From Nageia nagi (Eukaryota > Plantae > Pinophyta): a stretch of DNA of 64,000 bases. The stretch is taken from positions 20,212,001 through 20,276,000 of the forward strand of contig JBITNC010000002.1 of NCBI GenBank assembly GCA_050084985.1, given 5' to 3'. This document shows positions 38,780-52,706 of this stretch, in pieces. The notes beneath the pieces were generated by a model, which saw only the letters and a list, made by a program, of their open reading frames with translations, made no database searches and had not been told where the DNA came from. The translations under genes and the position numbers were made by a program. Each line of letters starts with the position of its first letter. The first letter of the stretch is position 1.

Positions 38780-40190
38780 TAATTCTTTTCCCAAAGACTC
38801 AATAGACCAAAATAAAATGAAATGAAACGTTATTAATGTCTATGGTGGGCCGAAAATGACCCAAGATGTGATATACCCATCTAGGGCACATCTTAATTGC
38901 CTCAAATATAAACTCAGATTTTTAGCCAAGTAATTCCAAACATCTAGAACTGAATTATTACTCCAATATCTACAAATAAATCCAGAATTAATGCTCAAAA
39001 TAAGATCTGATGTATAACTGAAATATTGCTCCAAAACATGCAAACGAATCTCAAACTAGGGCACAAAACCAGATCTGAACTAACTCTGAAAAATAACTGA
39101 AATGTGCAATAATTGTGCCATAAAAATATGGAGCAAGTGCCAAAAATATTATTGAACCAAGATGAGAGAAGTACAAGCCTCAAAAGAGCGAAATGATGCC
39201 CTAGAGGGGTGATGTCCCACTAGGGGCCTAAGACGCCAACTCAAGAGCAAGAATAGCCTCCTCTTGATGGCCAAATGTCTAGAAGGCTGAAGTAGGGGTG
39301 CAAGGCACCAAGAATGCCTCCTAGATCTACACATCCCAACCTTTGGTTCCTCAATAGCAGAAGCAATTCCTCAAAAATGTCTTCGGATGTCTCCCAAGCT
39401 GGACGAACCTCTCCAAGCGCTGAGATCGGATGCCAAGATCCGAAATCAACCTCTGTCCTTTGAGGGATGCTATTACTCAAAGTAGCAATCCATTCAGTCT
39501 TGAGGCTTTGCCAGACCCCAAGTACCTCCAGGTGGGTTTTAGTCCACAAGGGTAGGAAGTGAGTTGGCACACAAGTCCAGTGTAGAAGAGAGGAGTAAAA
39601 TAATCAAGTCTATCCAAATGAATCCAAGCTCCTCCTTTTATAGCCTCTAGATGTCCTTCCTATCTTGCGCCAACCTTGGGATGATCAAGATCAAGTCATA
39701 GGGTCCAGATTCACCCAAGGAGTGAGACGTCACATCTTGGAGTGTCTCGAGATCCATGTAATCACATCTAACCGTACCAAATAACTCTTCTTGGTGCAAT
39801 GTCTCCCTCTTGGAGTATTCTATACTTCGGGATCAGTGTCACCTTCTTGGAATCATCGTGCTCTACCTCTAGGAATGAGTCCAGCTTAGAGGGGAGCAAA
39901 ATTACATTGAGAGGCTTCTAAATGCCTCGAGATGCTAAATTACAACACATCAAGGCCCAAATATGAAACGCCTCACTAAAAGAGACTGATATTGCATCTA
40001 CAAATATAATTTACCTTGGTATTACACATTACAATATTATTTGGCATCCTTAAGTAGCCCATGCAAATCACAAATATCTTTGCTAATTAAAATAACAAAA
40101 AATGACTCCTAGAGTCCAACATCCCATGATGGAAAGCCTCCAAATAGAACTTTACATAGACAAGGACTTTACAATTGCCCAGATTATCAT
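38780..40190 (-). mobile_element. Solo-LTR-like sequence (boundaries approximate)
   Basis: The reverse complement of about 39885-39930 resembles 32630-32670 (GCCTCT.AATGTAAT...CTCCCCTCTA). There is a minus-strand TATA-like CTATAAAAGG near 39635-39645. Confidence 0.45.
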
Positions 40191-40265
40191 AATACTTCCA
40201 AATTTACTCTAAAACTACTAAAATAGCTCTAAATAGCTAAAAGAGCACAATAAGGTTGAACGTCC

Positions 40266-40900
40266 TATTAGAAATAATAATAGTAATACATTAGTCTCAA
40301 TAATAGATACTTTAGGTATCTACAATAATGTAAATGCTACTAAATAATATTAGCCTACATAATAGTTTAGGCTACTAAATATTTAGAGTTTATGGTTAAT
40401 ACCGTTATTATATGGAAATGTTTCCCGCATTGTATTTAAACCCTTCTCTTCAATAATGAAATATCTCTCTTGTTCATTTCCAATATGGTATCAAAGCAAA
40501 ATTTGTTCTCTTCCTTCTCTCCTCAATCTGCCCAATGAAGTTGTGGTTGTTTGCCATAGCCTAGGGATGATTATGTTGGAGAAGTGAAGAAGAAATAAGA
40601 TCCTTGATACACAACCATTTTGTGTTCAAGAGTTGGAAAGTGCGGAGAGGAGAAGATCTGCTGATCACTCTTCCTTCCAACCTCTAAGACATCCATTACA
40701 CCAGCCATTCTAGTATGGAGTGTAAAAAAAATCTATTCGAGCTTCTCTCCAATACATCCCATTTCCTTGTGCCAAAGTGAGTGAGATGCCAAAATTAGGG
40801 AATATTACATTCTTACATTGCACATGTCAATGCTTCATCAAGTCCTTGTTGATGAAGTTATCATTGGCAGTAGGATCTAAAAAAACAATAACTTACTTTT
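40266..40900 (+). mobile_element. Short LTR + PBS remnant
   Basis: TGGTATCAAAGC (Met-i tRNA type PBS) at 40486-40497 follows an AT-rich LTR-like segment of about 220 bp. Confidence 0.45.
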
Positions 40901-43900
40901 TTTGCATGCATCCTTGAACTTGCAATAGTGGAAGTTCTTGATTGAAAGTCAATTCACCTTTTTCTTTTTCTTTTTCTAAATTTATCTCTCTTTTCCATCA
41001 TCTTCTTCTTCCTCCTTATCTTCCTCTTTGCTAAGGATTCTTTTTTATTTAAGACTATCCCAATAAGATTTTACATTTTTGTCAAGCTCTTTCCACCACT
41101 TTAGGGCTTCTACTTGCAACAAAAAAAAATTATCATACATTGATTTAAATGCAAAGAATCATTCTTTAACTAAATAACCATCACTTTGCCAAAAAGAGGT
41201 ACAAATTAGTTTGCCATAAGAAAACTGCTGCAACTTTAAAAATTAACAACTCACTCGATATTTATCAGAATATAGGGAATTAGCCCTTGTTTTGAATTTC
41301 TCAAAATTCTCTCCAAGGCAAATCAAAAACTGGTAAAATACAATACTTCCACTGAAAGATATGGCCAAAAAAATCCTGAATTTTTTCTTGAAAAAAAATG
41401 TAAAATTTCTTGATCTGAAGAAAAATTCCTCACTTGCCAAGATCATCGCTCTAGTACCACTTATTATAAACTAAGCAATAATAGTAATAGATAATAATAT
41501 TCCACAAATATTTCCAAATAAATGCAATAGAACCTGTAAGAGAGAATAGTACACCACATAAAAAATTGTAAAGGTAGGGAAACACCATAAGCTATTCCTT
41601 TAAGAAAGAAACCATTCCAATTACCATTTCAAGAGGCAAACCTCACAAATATGGAAATTAAAGTGCAATAAATATATTCCATTATGATATTAATATGATA
41701 TCTTACTTCTAATTATTTGCCTACCAAATAATAATATTATGCATAATAAACCCTTCTAAGGATATGTGCTAAAAAACAGCTATTCATTATCTTTTTACAT
41801 TGTATCCCATATAAAATATATATAGACCATTTTTTGGTAAAAATACTGCTTATATATTCATAAAAGGAAATATAAAGTACAGAAAAATCATGACAGATTA
41901 CATAACAGCTTTAGACATTCTGACTTATTTGAGTCAGAAGCCTTATTCAGCTCTTTCAGCAATACATTTCTGGCCAAGCTTATCTATTCAGAAATACAAA
42001 GTAAACTTCTATTTATTGCAGTAGAGACTGTAATGGAAACTTCGTTGAAAATTAATGAACATCTAACCTTCCAAAGAGTAAATAAAATGGAGACCCTTAC
42101 TATGTTCCAGATACAGTTGAGGGGGGCAGGTATTATTATCACCTAGAAGTGCTATATTCCACTAGATATAACCCTCAACAAAGGGGCAAAAATCTGGTTA
42201 AGACCTCTCCAGACTGCTTTGGCTTGGGGGCATTCCAAGAAAATATGTCTAACTGTCTCTTCTTTTCCACAAGATACAGAGTCACTAGCTATGATATTCA
42301 TTTTAGCCAATCTAGCTTTACAAGGAAGACCTTGGTAGATTATTTTCCATGCAAAAACCCAAAGTGTAATGTTCCATTTTTTAAGGTCCCTTTCATGACT
42401 ACTTCACTCGCAGCTATTCTTTTTCATGATGTGGGATGCACCTCCTCTAGAAGGCATCCTTTGTGGTTTGAAGTTTTTTTTATGTAATTAGATGTAATTA
42501 CACCATTTTATGGTTTCCTGACATGGATGACCGTTCATATTGAGTGTAAAAGTATATTAATTGAGTACTTAAAGGTTGGACATCCCTCTTCTAGGGATTT
42601 AGGAGTGTTTTATTATTTAATTAGGAGATTTCGGCCATTTTCCACCATCAGATGTAAAAATATAATTAATGACCTCATCATATGCTCCTAAAATAGTATG
42701 TCTCAATTATGGGACATAATGAGGCCTAAAATGTAATTTGGTGGGCCCAATAGGTCAAATTAGGCTAGACGCCTCATCTTGGGCAATAATTAATAATTTG
42801 TAACCCCAATGAGGAGTTAGAATGTCTAGATTGGGTCAGCCAACCACTTTGAGTGAGAAGCCTCCTATAAAAGGCAGTTAGAGTATCATTTGAAGAATAT
42901 GCTTGATTATTGATTTTAATTGTGGGTATTGTTGTGCTTACACAACACCCCCCAAAAATTTTTGCATTGTGACGTCCCATTTGGACCATTGACAAAATGT
43001 GTCATGGTCACTTTGTAATCTAATGTTTTGTTTATGATCATGTTGTACATGTGTAACTCAAGTAGGAGCTTATGGTCTGCGGACCCCACTGTGAGCCCAG
43101 TAATGGGACGTCTCCCTTTAAGTAGTGTTGTGTTAACTTGTAATGGGTTATGTCGGCTTGTGGGAATCCTTAGATAGGCATGAGTCTTGTATAGTCCAAA
43201 GGTGCATAAAGGAGCATACTAGCGTTGGGAGGGCCACACATACCCCATGTTGGCTTATGAGGCCACTTAGACCCCCACGTCAGCCCAAGGAGGCTCATTA
43301 GACTCCACGTTAGCCTTGAAGGCCTTTATGACCCCCACGTTCTGTTGACCCCAACGTTGGAATAGACTTGGCTTGGGATGATAACGAGGCATGATGGATA
43401 GACGCGTGAGGCTATATATTGAGGATGGAGCTCCATCATGAGGTTAGCTATTGATTATACTTCTTCTATACTGAACTCGATCAGGCATACAAGTCTTGGC
43501 GGTGCTGAGCATTATTCCTAGACGACATCTAGAGGAGTGACAGTGTTGGAAGCCTGGCATTCTACGACTTAGGTGGGTCACCTAATCCATCTAGTGGTAT
43601 TCCAAGGGTGAGCTTCTACCTTCAGTGGTCATCAAGGTTCGAGAAGGCTCCTTCACAGGAGAGGATTCGGAGTTTGAGGGAGTGAGTCTTTGTTGTGGTG
43701 TTCGGCTAGCAGAGGATTTGGAACCCTAGATCTGGATATTGAGATCCTCATTGTACTCCATACCATTCCATAATAAAATACAGTTTGTGTCTCTCTCCAT
43801 TGTGTTGTGCATTGTTTATTTATGTGTGTGTGTCTCTTGTATACTGGTGTAGGAAGCTTTATTGCATTTGCAGGTGTTCAGGCATCGCATATTCATCTAT

Positions 43901-44439
43901 GAGGCATTCGTTGAGGTGCCAAGTGTTGGTGTGTGCCCTAGAGGGTTGATGTCAGGGTGTAAAGGTTGCATGTAGGCCTTGAGAGGCTCACGTTTGCATT
44001 GTAATGTCCTTGGGTGCCTTAGGGGCCCAACGTGGGTGTGTTTGCTTCATTGGTTGAGGGTTTGAATACCGTAGTTGAGTTGATTTTGCTGAGGGTGATT
44101 TTAGGTCATCACACGCATTTCGAGGACCCTTAGAAAATTAAAGAGAGAATTGCATGAAAAGTTTGTCAAAGAAGATGCATATCTTTTAGTACCAGTCTTG
44201 GGAACATGTTTAAACTGCATTTTCATGGTAGTTGAAGTCAAAATCATGCATTTTCCAGCATTTCGCATGTTTTTCAATGAGTGCTTTTGCACCCCTCTCA
44301 AACCATGCAACTAGTCAGCCTTCTCCATTTTTTTTGTCGTTTGCATGTTTACATTTGAAGGCATCCTAAAAACCTCCATGTTGTAGGAACCCCATCTGCA
44401 TCTCATGTGTCGTTTTTGTCGAAAATGCAAGGGAAAAAC

Positions 44440-45920
44440 ACTCATTTTCAACATGTCACATGTTTTTGAAGGAGTGCTTTTGCACTCTCTAGGAAAGGTG
44501 AGACCAGGCTGGACGTTTTCATATACTTAGCATTTTTTGTTGCGTTTATTTGTCGTATGCATTTTGTGGAGTCCTTTTGCACCCCTTCAAATTGGTGCGA
44601 CCAAGCTAAACAACTTACATGTAGCATTTTTCTTGTTGTCGCACGTTTTGAAGTGAGTCCTTTTGCACTCACCAAAATCAGTACGACCAAACTCCATACT
44701 TAGCATTTTCAAGACTGTTGCACGTTTTGAAGTGAGTCCTTTTGCACTCACCCAAATTGGTGCGACCAAGGATTTCATACTTAGCAGAATTTTTTGGAGC
44801 TTTAAGGCTGTCGCATGCATTAAGAAGAGTCCTTTTGCACCCCTTCAAAAGGGTGCAACCAAGGTGAAGGACACTTAGTCATTTTTTCGAGCATCAAAGG
44901 TTGTCCCAAGGATTTTGATGAGTCCTTTTGCACTCATCCAAAACCATGCGACTAGAATGGAGAGAAGAAAATTAGCTAAGTGTTGAACTTCGTTGACAAG
45001 TGGAAGCTCATGCATTGGACCTCCGTCTACGCCTATCTTGTAGTGACACGTGTCCCATCCGAAGGGCTATAAAAGGGAAGTTAGCCCCTTATTTTAGTTT
45101 GCAAATTCATCAAGGGGCAAAGCGTGGGAGAACAGAAGAGAAAGCACTCCTTCTTGGACGAGCGACCAAGGACCACTTGCACTTTTTTCAAAGTTTTTCA
45201 GATCCCAGGCCTTGGGAAGCATGCTAGGACTCAAGTGCAAGGATTTAGGCATGTGCTTTTAGCACCCATCCCAAAAGGTGCGACAAGGGTTAAAACTTCA
45301 AAGTATCTTGGAATTTGGCTAAGTGCTCAAGGATCTGGTCACATCATTTTCATCCTGTCCTTTTGCACACTTCAAGAAACACGTGACCTTGTTTCTAGAC
45401 TTCTATTTGACCCTTAGACAAACCAGTTGGAAGGTGACACTTGGCAGTTTACACAAACCTATAAATATCCCACCCCCTTGAGCATTTCATATCACTTCAT
45501 TTCAGAATCATTCCTTTTCCTAGTCACACCATTTCTCATGCATGCTTGAGCACTCATCTCAAAACGTGCGACCAAGGAAAGAAGGTCATTAGGGAATATT
45601 ACATATGCATTTCAAAGCCCAGCCTCAAAATTTCTTATGCAGGCTTAGGCACTCACTCTAAAATGTGCAAACAAGGGGAAAAGTAGGTTTTTGGGGACGT
45701 TGCACATCCGGTTAGCCTTTTTGGCTAAGGCATTTTAGTCTAACCCCTAGACCTAGTCGCATACTTTCAAGGAAGTGCTTTAAGCACTCATCCAAAACCA
45801 TGCAACCAGATCTGAAATGAAGAATTGTGTTCAAGAAATTGACTAATTGACCCTAGGCCTAGTCGCATACTTTTCAAGCAATCCTTTTGCACTCATCTAA
45901 AACTGTGCGCCTAGATCGGT
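44440..45920. repeat. Dispersed or degenerate tandem motif TTTTGCAC(T/C)C...TGCGACCAAG
   Basis: More than 10 copies are visible, for example near 44576, 44661, 44741, 44833, 44926, 45361 and 45885. Confidence 0.75.
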
Positions 45921-45961
45921 CAGACGTCTGGAGTTGAAAGAGGAGTTGAGTAATATCTTCC

Positions 45962-48900
45962 ATGGCTTCAAACATCAGAGCACCCCCGTTGAAAGCCATG
46001 AAGGTTCAGAGCCAATTGTTCGAGAGGCATGTCATCAAGAGCCAAATGACTTGGCTTTTGAAGGAAAGCCTGATAGACTTTTAGCAAAAAGAAAAACCAA
46101 AGCTCCTTGAAGCCAAATTCAAGGGAAACACATTTTTGTTGGTGATACAGATTGGGGAAACTTGGACCCTATTCTAACCCTAGCCTCCACGTCCTCCATC
46201 AGCTAAGAGGACTTATCAGAGGAGCTCATCCACACTTGCGGATTGTTCAATGCTGCCATGATGCCATTTGCACTACCTTTCCCAGACCTATGCAGTGAAG
46301 TGGCCAGGAAATGTGATCATGGCAAAAGGGTTTTGCAAGACACGAAAGGCAACGTGATCATGGAATTTTCCCCTGCCGGAATTGAAGCAACCTTTGGCTG
46401 GAAGAGGTATGGGGACAATTATACACTGACCATTCTGAAGAATTTCATAATTCCACAGCCCATCCTGGAGACTACATTCGACCTTGGTTACTTGAAGATT
46501 ATCAAAATCTTCAAGGACAGAGGTTGATCAGTGCACAAAAAGAAGAATTCCTACTAGTTGTGGCAAAATTGATCACTCTCTTGTCTAGAGTGATAGGTCA
46601 CGAAAACGATGCTAAGTACAGGAGGAAGTTCATAGGTTTCATTGTAGTTGTTAGTTCGAGGAGACCTATCCGATGGGATGGGATAATCAATGATGCCCTG
46701 CGCTATTAGTTATCCTATTTCGACTCCTTGAAGAGGTTCTATATGAACTCTTATCTTGTGTACCTATTGCTGCATGGGAAAACCACATCTAAGGAGTTAA
46801 CTGATGAGAGACACTTTGGGAAGAAATGCGTCCCTGTGTGGAGAGCATATCAGAAGTGGTGGTACCAGAATAAGTTCCAATACTTCTATGAGAGAACCAA
46901 CCAATGGGAATACGATATCTACAAAGATATCAAAGGGGAGTCCATTGTGAAGAGGATTTCTGATGTAGCTATTCAAGCCATCAGTGTACATGCAAATTTC
47001 TTCCTGCATGATGCTGATTTTACATGCATCAGAGTATATGGTTCAGAAGAACAACCCGTGCTCCTGCCTAGATTTGCCAATGACAAGTTGATTCTCATGG
47101 AATTCGCCAAGCAACTCTTGTTCCTAAAGGAGAGGGTCTGGAACAAGAAGAATGCCACAATCAATTTGCCTATTACTATATCCAAATATGTGTGCTAGAC
47201 ATGGGTGGAGGCAACACATATACGAGAGGAGTTACAGCAATACAACTTCTTCAGAGAGGATGCTGCTAAGAATTATGATCCTAAGGGGATCATTGCACAC
47301 TTTCATGATACAACTTTCCATAAGCCCATTGCGTTTCCACATAAGCCTTTGGGAGATGAAGAGAAGTATAGAAATGTGCAGGAAAAAGGAGAAATTGCAC
47401 GCATAAAGGCTCTTTTGAGAAAAAAGAAGGCTCCCCTTCAGGCAGAGAAGCCTCCCCAAAGGCCTCGACCCCTCTGAAGATTAAGTCTCCTGCTCACACC
47501 ACATCCTCACCAAAGAAGACACTCTTGCTTCCTGTGGGAAAAAGACAAGAGGCCCCGAGGGAGCCCATTCTAGATCCCAGCAAATGCAATGTAATAGAAG
47601 ATGATCTTAAATATGCTAGATATCATGCTTTCCCCCCGAATGTGCTAGACGATGTGGTGAAAACAACTTGTGGCAGTGGTTCGTCCACTAAGGCAATTAC
47701 TTCTAGATCCGCCCATGCTCTTGGTCCAAGGGAGAAAGTTCCCCCATTACAACCAAGTTCTAGCTCAAGCTCTGAGCATTCCTCTTCTTCTTCAAATGAA
47801 GAAGCTGATGTAAATCCTGACAATATGGTGGAAGATTCTTGGAAAGAATCGGAGAGCCGTAGCGAGGAAGAAGAAGATGATGATGCTTGCAATGCTACCA
47901 ATATGCCTAAGTAAGAGGATGTAGTAGTTGGTGCTTCAGCACCCAATGAAATTGAAGTCGAAACCATCCCAGAAGAAGAGATAGTGAATGTCGGTACCTA
48001 TGATGAGGAAGTCCAGATTATTGAGAAGTGCGCTAAAGAGGTGGCTGCATCCAAGTCCTCTCCTGCCGAACATAAGAAGAAGTCTTCTTCTTCGCATAAG
48101 TCCTCTACCAAGAGGAGTCATGAGAGATCTCCCCAGCTCTAGAACAAAGGCTTATCTATAGGCGGTAATGGAGGAGATGAAGACGATGAAGGAGAGACTG
48201 ACGAACAGAAGAAGAAGACCACTCTAGCGAAAGAGGTCAAGAAAATTGACAAAGGAAGATTGTTGGTTCAAAGGTTTCCCCTTGGCTAGCAACCGACCAT
48301 CTAGATCTTGACTTGAATGCCTACCTTAAAGCCCTCAGCATGAGTATGGCTCATGATGAAGATATAGATTAGGACCTGCATTCTAAGGATGAGGAAGAAG
48401 AACTCTCAGATGGAGAGAAGATTCGAAGGGTGGACATTGTTGTCTCCACCTCTCGAAAGGAGATCTCCATTAATCATTGCTACTCGAAAGAGAAGCATCC
48501 TTAAGGGCGGAGGATTGCATCATTGAAACATTCAAGATGCTAGTTAAGTTAGGGTTGACAGCCAGGAAACATATTATCACCCAAAACACTGCAGTCATGG
48601 AACAGGAAGGCTACGAAGCCAAAAAGGAATTGAAGAGGTTGAAGAAGAAACTCACGGCTAGCAGGAAGATCATAAAAGAGTTCCAGAAAATTAGTACCAC
48701 TCCTTTACACTTACAGAAGCAGACTTCCTTCCATGAGGGATGGGAACTGATGAAGGAGTAGCTGAAGAACAAGGTGATGGAGGCTATCAAAAGATTCTCT
48801 TCATAGATTTACAAGCTCCTCGCTAAAGGTGTTGAAATTAGGGATCTCAAAGCACATATTTCAGCACATATCAGCACGTTGGATAGCTATCTTCCCAACG

Positions 48901-49410
48901 TTTCCCATCTGCAGCGCATTCATGCCGACAACCCTGAGAAGTTGGTCTATTGCCATGAGTTCACTTATCATCATGATTGGTTGAACCACACACTCGAGAA
49001 GTGCAACGCAGCCTTGAAAGTCACATTCCCCTTGAGAAAGGAGGTCGAGGAACAGATGAGAGAATATCTTTATCAGCTCAAGTTCCAAGGGGAAGATAAC
49101 AATGTTAGGAAGGAGGCAATGTTGGCAGAGGCTTGGAATTTAATCCAGGAGCATCTTGAAGTTGATGATCTCAACTTGTTGAAGCCATGGCATCCCATTA
49201 TTCATGATAGGCGGATGATCATCTAGAAATACCAGATGCAGGCTACGTCCAAGAAAATTGAAAGATACTTCCAACAGAATGGCAGTACTATTGGCATGAT
49301 CTCCAGGGGCATGCGGAAGATGGTAGCATTCTTGGAGGAGACTATCAAGGCCTATGGTCTCACCAGTAAGGAGTCGAACTCCACCCGTATCGAATCAGAT
49401 CTGACCTAGA
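45962..49410 (+). pseudogene. Retroelement-associated accessory protein remnant (globular N-terminal part, Ser/acidic linker, helical or coiled-coil C-terminal part)
   Basis: Consecutive same-strand ORF pieces 46243-46527, 46524-46709, 46728-47198, 47205-47477, 47525-47914, 48477-48761 and 48879-49226 are separated by single stops or frameshifts. No gag/pol motifs. Confidence 0.6.
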
Positions 49411-52400
49411 TCTAATTCACCCATAGATTTCATCTACGGAATCTTTTCTTTGTTTAAATGCATATGGTTGTGTTGGTTATGTCAAACTTTATTTTACTTC
49501 GATTTGACTGGTGTAGGGATGAGGTTTTTGCTCCCGCCAGATCAAATCTATCAAACTCATTTATGACTATGACCGGTGCAGGGATGAGGTTTTGCTCTCG
49601 CCAGTTTAGATGTCAGACCTTTTCAGACTATTTATTACATATTTGATATTCTATTGCATAGATTAGAGGTAGAGTAGATGCATTTCAGCAATGGCATTTA
49701 TATTTTGTCAGCTTTAAGTGCCACTTGCATAGTTTTGCATGATGATATGATTTTGTATCGGTATGTGTGTTGCATGTGTGCACACCATATCAGATTTGAT
49801 GCCTTTAGGGCATCACTTCTATTGGCCTATTTATACCCCACTCAAGCCATTTAGAAGGGAGATTTTGACATACGGGATTTCTGCATCAGGAATTTTGACA
49901 TAAAGAGTTTATGTATATGATCTTTGTACTGTTTTTGCATTGGACCTTTGCACGTAATGAAAGCATCATATATTGGAGTTCTTGCATTTTGAGATTGAGG
50001 CTATTGAGTTTATTTGTACAATCATTTTGAGCATTTGCATGTCATAAGATTCACATTCCATTGCATAGAAGATTGTTGCATAAGGGGTTCTATGCATGTT
50101 CTGTTATTGAAAATCATTATGAATGTGTTTGTTTAGAAGAATAAAATCATAAAGTTATACTGTTAGGAACATCATTTGTGGGATTATGCATATCTGAATG
50201 GTTCTTTCTATGAACTGCATATTGATTATTTTGTGAAAGAGTTTGATCCTTCTTTGCATAGTTTGCACGCAAGTGGATATATTCTAAGGCCTACAACTTG
50301 TCTTTATATCATTCGGTTAGGTTACTGCACTTACGCCTTCTCTCCATTTTTTGCCCTTTCCATTGAGTCTTCCATAAAGACCCTACAACTTCCTACTCTC
50401 ATTTGGTAGTGATTTGAGCATATTTGCTATTTGTTGCCTAGCTTGATAGTGAGTGTATCGACCTTAATGAATCTGAAGATGACCTACCGAGACACTGTAT
50501 CCCTAGTGACGTCCTCATAGGTCTTTTCCTTTCCCCGCATTCCCTTGCATTTATCTCTATGTTTTTCCCTGCATTTGTTATCTTTCTTCACTTTCGTTCA
50601 CATTTGCAATCTTTCCTCATTAAGAAAAGGATCTCCGGTGTGTATTTCCCTTGTATACAGTTAACAACATGCATCTCTAACTACTGAGCCATCAAGACCA
50701 TATTCCATGTGAGTGCTAGGGGTAACCAGTCCTTTCAGGCGGAAACAAGTAATGTTGTTTCCTCCAAGTCTTGTGCATGTTTTGGACGAGGAAAGAAAAA
50801 CATACCAACATGCATGAACTATCTCCATTCCTCTTGTGCACGCAAGGGAGGTACTTGAAGCCTAGGATTCCTCAAGCCTTAGCTAACTGCTACTTTGAGG
50901 CCTAGTGTTCCTCAAAGGTCATTCATTCGACTACTACCTAAGGTCCGACATTCCCTAGGGTTACCTGAAGACTGCCATCATTGCTGAGGAATCCATCAGA
51001 GATTCACTCCAACTATTGTTGCTTCCAAGATCCATCTGGGATCTAACTACAACTACAAAGATCCACCACTACTGAGATCATTTGCACCTCTTGATTTGTT
51101 GAGGAGGGCTTCCTACCCTAAACGTCACACCTTGGAGGTATCTTGTGTTGCTTGTCTTTGCCATATCTGCATCCAAAAGAGCCAACCTCCAGACGTCTAG
51201 TTCCTATAGCCAATTTGAGCACATTTGAGGGTTCCTAAAGTGAGATCTAGTCTCCCTAGTTGAGACGTCTCACCCTAGGGCATATATCTAGCTATTTTGA
51301 GGCTTGTAACACATTTCTTTTGGTTCATTTTGTTAAATTGTATTTAAGATCTATTTTTGTGGCATCATTGTTGTGTATGGTTGAGATCTAATGCCTAGAT
51401 GCTAGACGTCTACCTTAACGAAATGTTATTTTAAGTATTTCATGCCCTTCTATGATTCGTCCCATTTCTTTGGATATTTTGCTTAATTTCCATGCTCTAG
51501 GCCAGTCATCCTAATCTTTGAGTAACATTGGAGTGATAAGAATAATTTATTGAGCATGATTTGGGCATTTTGAGTAATTTTGGAATTTATACAATTTTTA
51601 GAGAATTATTTCAGTAATTGTTTGAGCTATTCCTAGAGTTCCTAATTTGGGAACATCACACGAAGCTAAGCGGACATTCTGAAGTACCAAACTTTTGACA
51701 GCCTGTTTTTCTATTTTTTAAAAGTGCAGTTGATTCCCCATCTCTGGTTTAGAACGTCTTCAGGATGGATGTGTATCAACAGTGTCTTAAAGCTTAGTGG
51801 ACTTAAACTGGAGTAGAGGGTGACCAAAATTTCACTGCCAATCTTTCCATTCAGGTCCAGGAAGCCCCTTATTCAATTTGTGCAGTACATTGTATGGCAA
51901 AATGGACTGAATCTGCATGACAGCATATTTGTCTGGATATTTCAAACTCTTTACTTTCCTCTCCTATATACTTGGTATATCCACCTATATTATCATAACA
52001 GTTTCAGTTTCATATTTTTCCCTGTTCACTTTATTTAAAAAATACAATTTTTTTAATAAATATTTAATAATAAAACAATTAATAAGGCCCAAATTTGCAT
52101 GGACTGTTTCAATTATTGGAGACGTTTGTATTGGACAAAACCTGGTAACTCTCCAAAGTAAAACACTTCTAGTAATTTTGCTAAGAGGGTTAACATTAAG
52201 CGATATAATACCTTTGTATCATTCCAATAAGAAATACCTCACTGAACTGGAGTAAATGTTTCTAAAAGGTGCCCCAATTGCTTTTATTGCAATGTAGCAT
52301 ACAACAAAGGTATACTAATGGTTGTTATTATACTAATCTAGCAGGGAGAAGGGAAGGAAGACAGAGTCCTCTCAGTCCTAACAAAAAGCATTATACAATG

Positions 52401-52647
52401 TCCTATGTTTTCAGTCAATAAATAATGCGCTTGCAATTTGGTACATTATTCTCAACATGGAATATTATTGTGACCCTTAGGCTTTTGACTATTTGTTATT
52501 GTCGTTGTGCATTTAACATAAAACATTATGATTAAATATGTCCAAAAATTTTAGAACATGAAATTCTTTCAACCACAATTCTTGATAGCAAAGTTAAAAA
52601 GCAGGAATAATAGCATTGACCAAAAAGGGTGTTTCAAAGTTAGACAC

Positions 52648-52706
52648 CTGTAGATGCGCTGAACGGAGGTCAGCCTCACAAAGGCTACAAGACACCAAGC
52701 AAGCAT
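52648..52706 (-). CDS. FIP2: FIP2-like exon ((D)ACLVSCSLCEADLRSAHLQ)
   Basis: TGCAG|AT...CAG|GTGTCT, 59 nt, phase 1/0. Matches DACLVxCSFCxADLRxAHLQ of FIP2 and joins in frame to the next three exons. Confidence 0.9.

Larger units (their letters stand above)
42968..50810 (+). mobile_element. 7.8-kb TG..CA insertion with TSD TGCAT, carrying a long degenerate ORF region and lacking gag/pol
   Basis: TGCAT occurs at 42963-42967 and 50811-50815. The unit starts TGTGACGTCC and ends ATACCAACA. The first 1.1 kb or so is homologous (reverse complement) to LTRs 58698-59838 and 13900-15220. Confidence 0.8.
42365..51660 (+). mobile_element. Solo LTR (42365-42967 + 50816-51660) split by a 7.8-kb insertion
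   Basis: Termini are TGTAATGTTCC / GGAACATCACA and the flanks are CAAAG/CGAAG. A TATA-like CTATAAAAGG is near 42865. Confidence 0.8.

Noticed and set aside
42921-42967. Alternative left end TGTGGGTAT for the 7.8-kb insert (better inverted match to the right end)
   Set aside because: The flanks (TTAAT vs TGCAT) do not form a TSD, whereas a start at 42968 gives a perfect TGCAT TSD.
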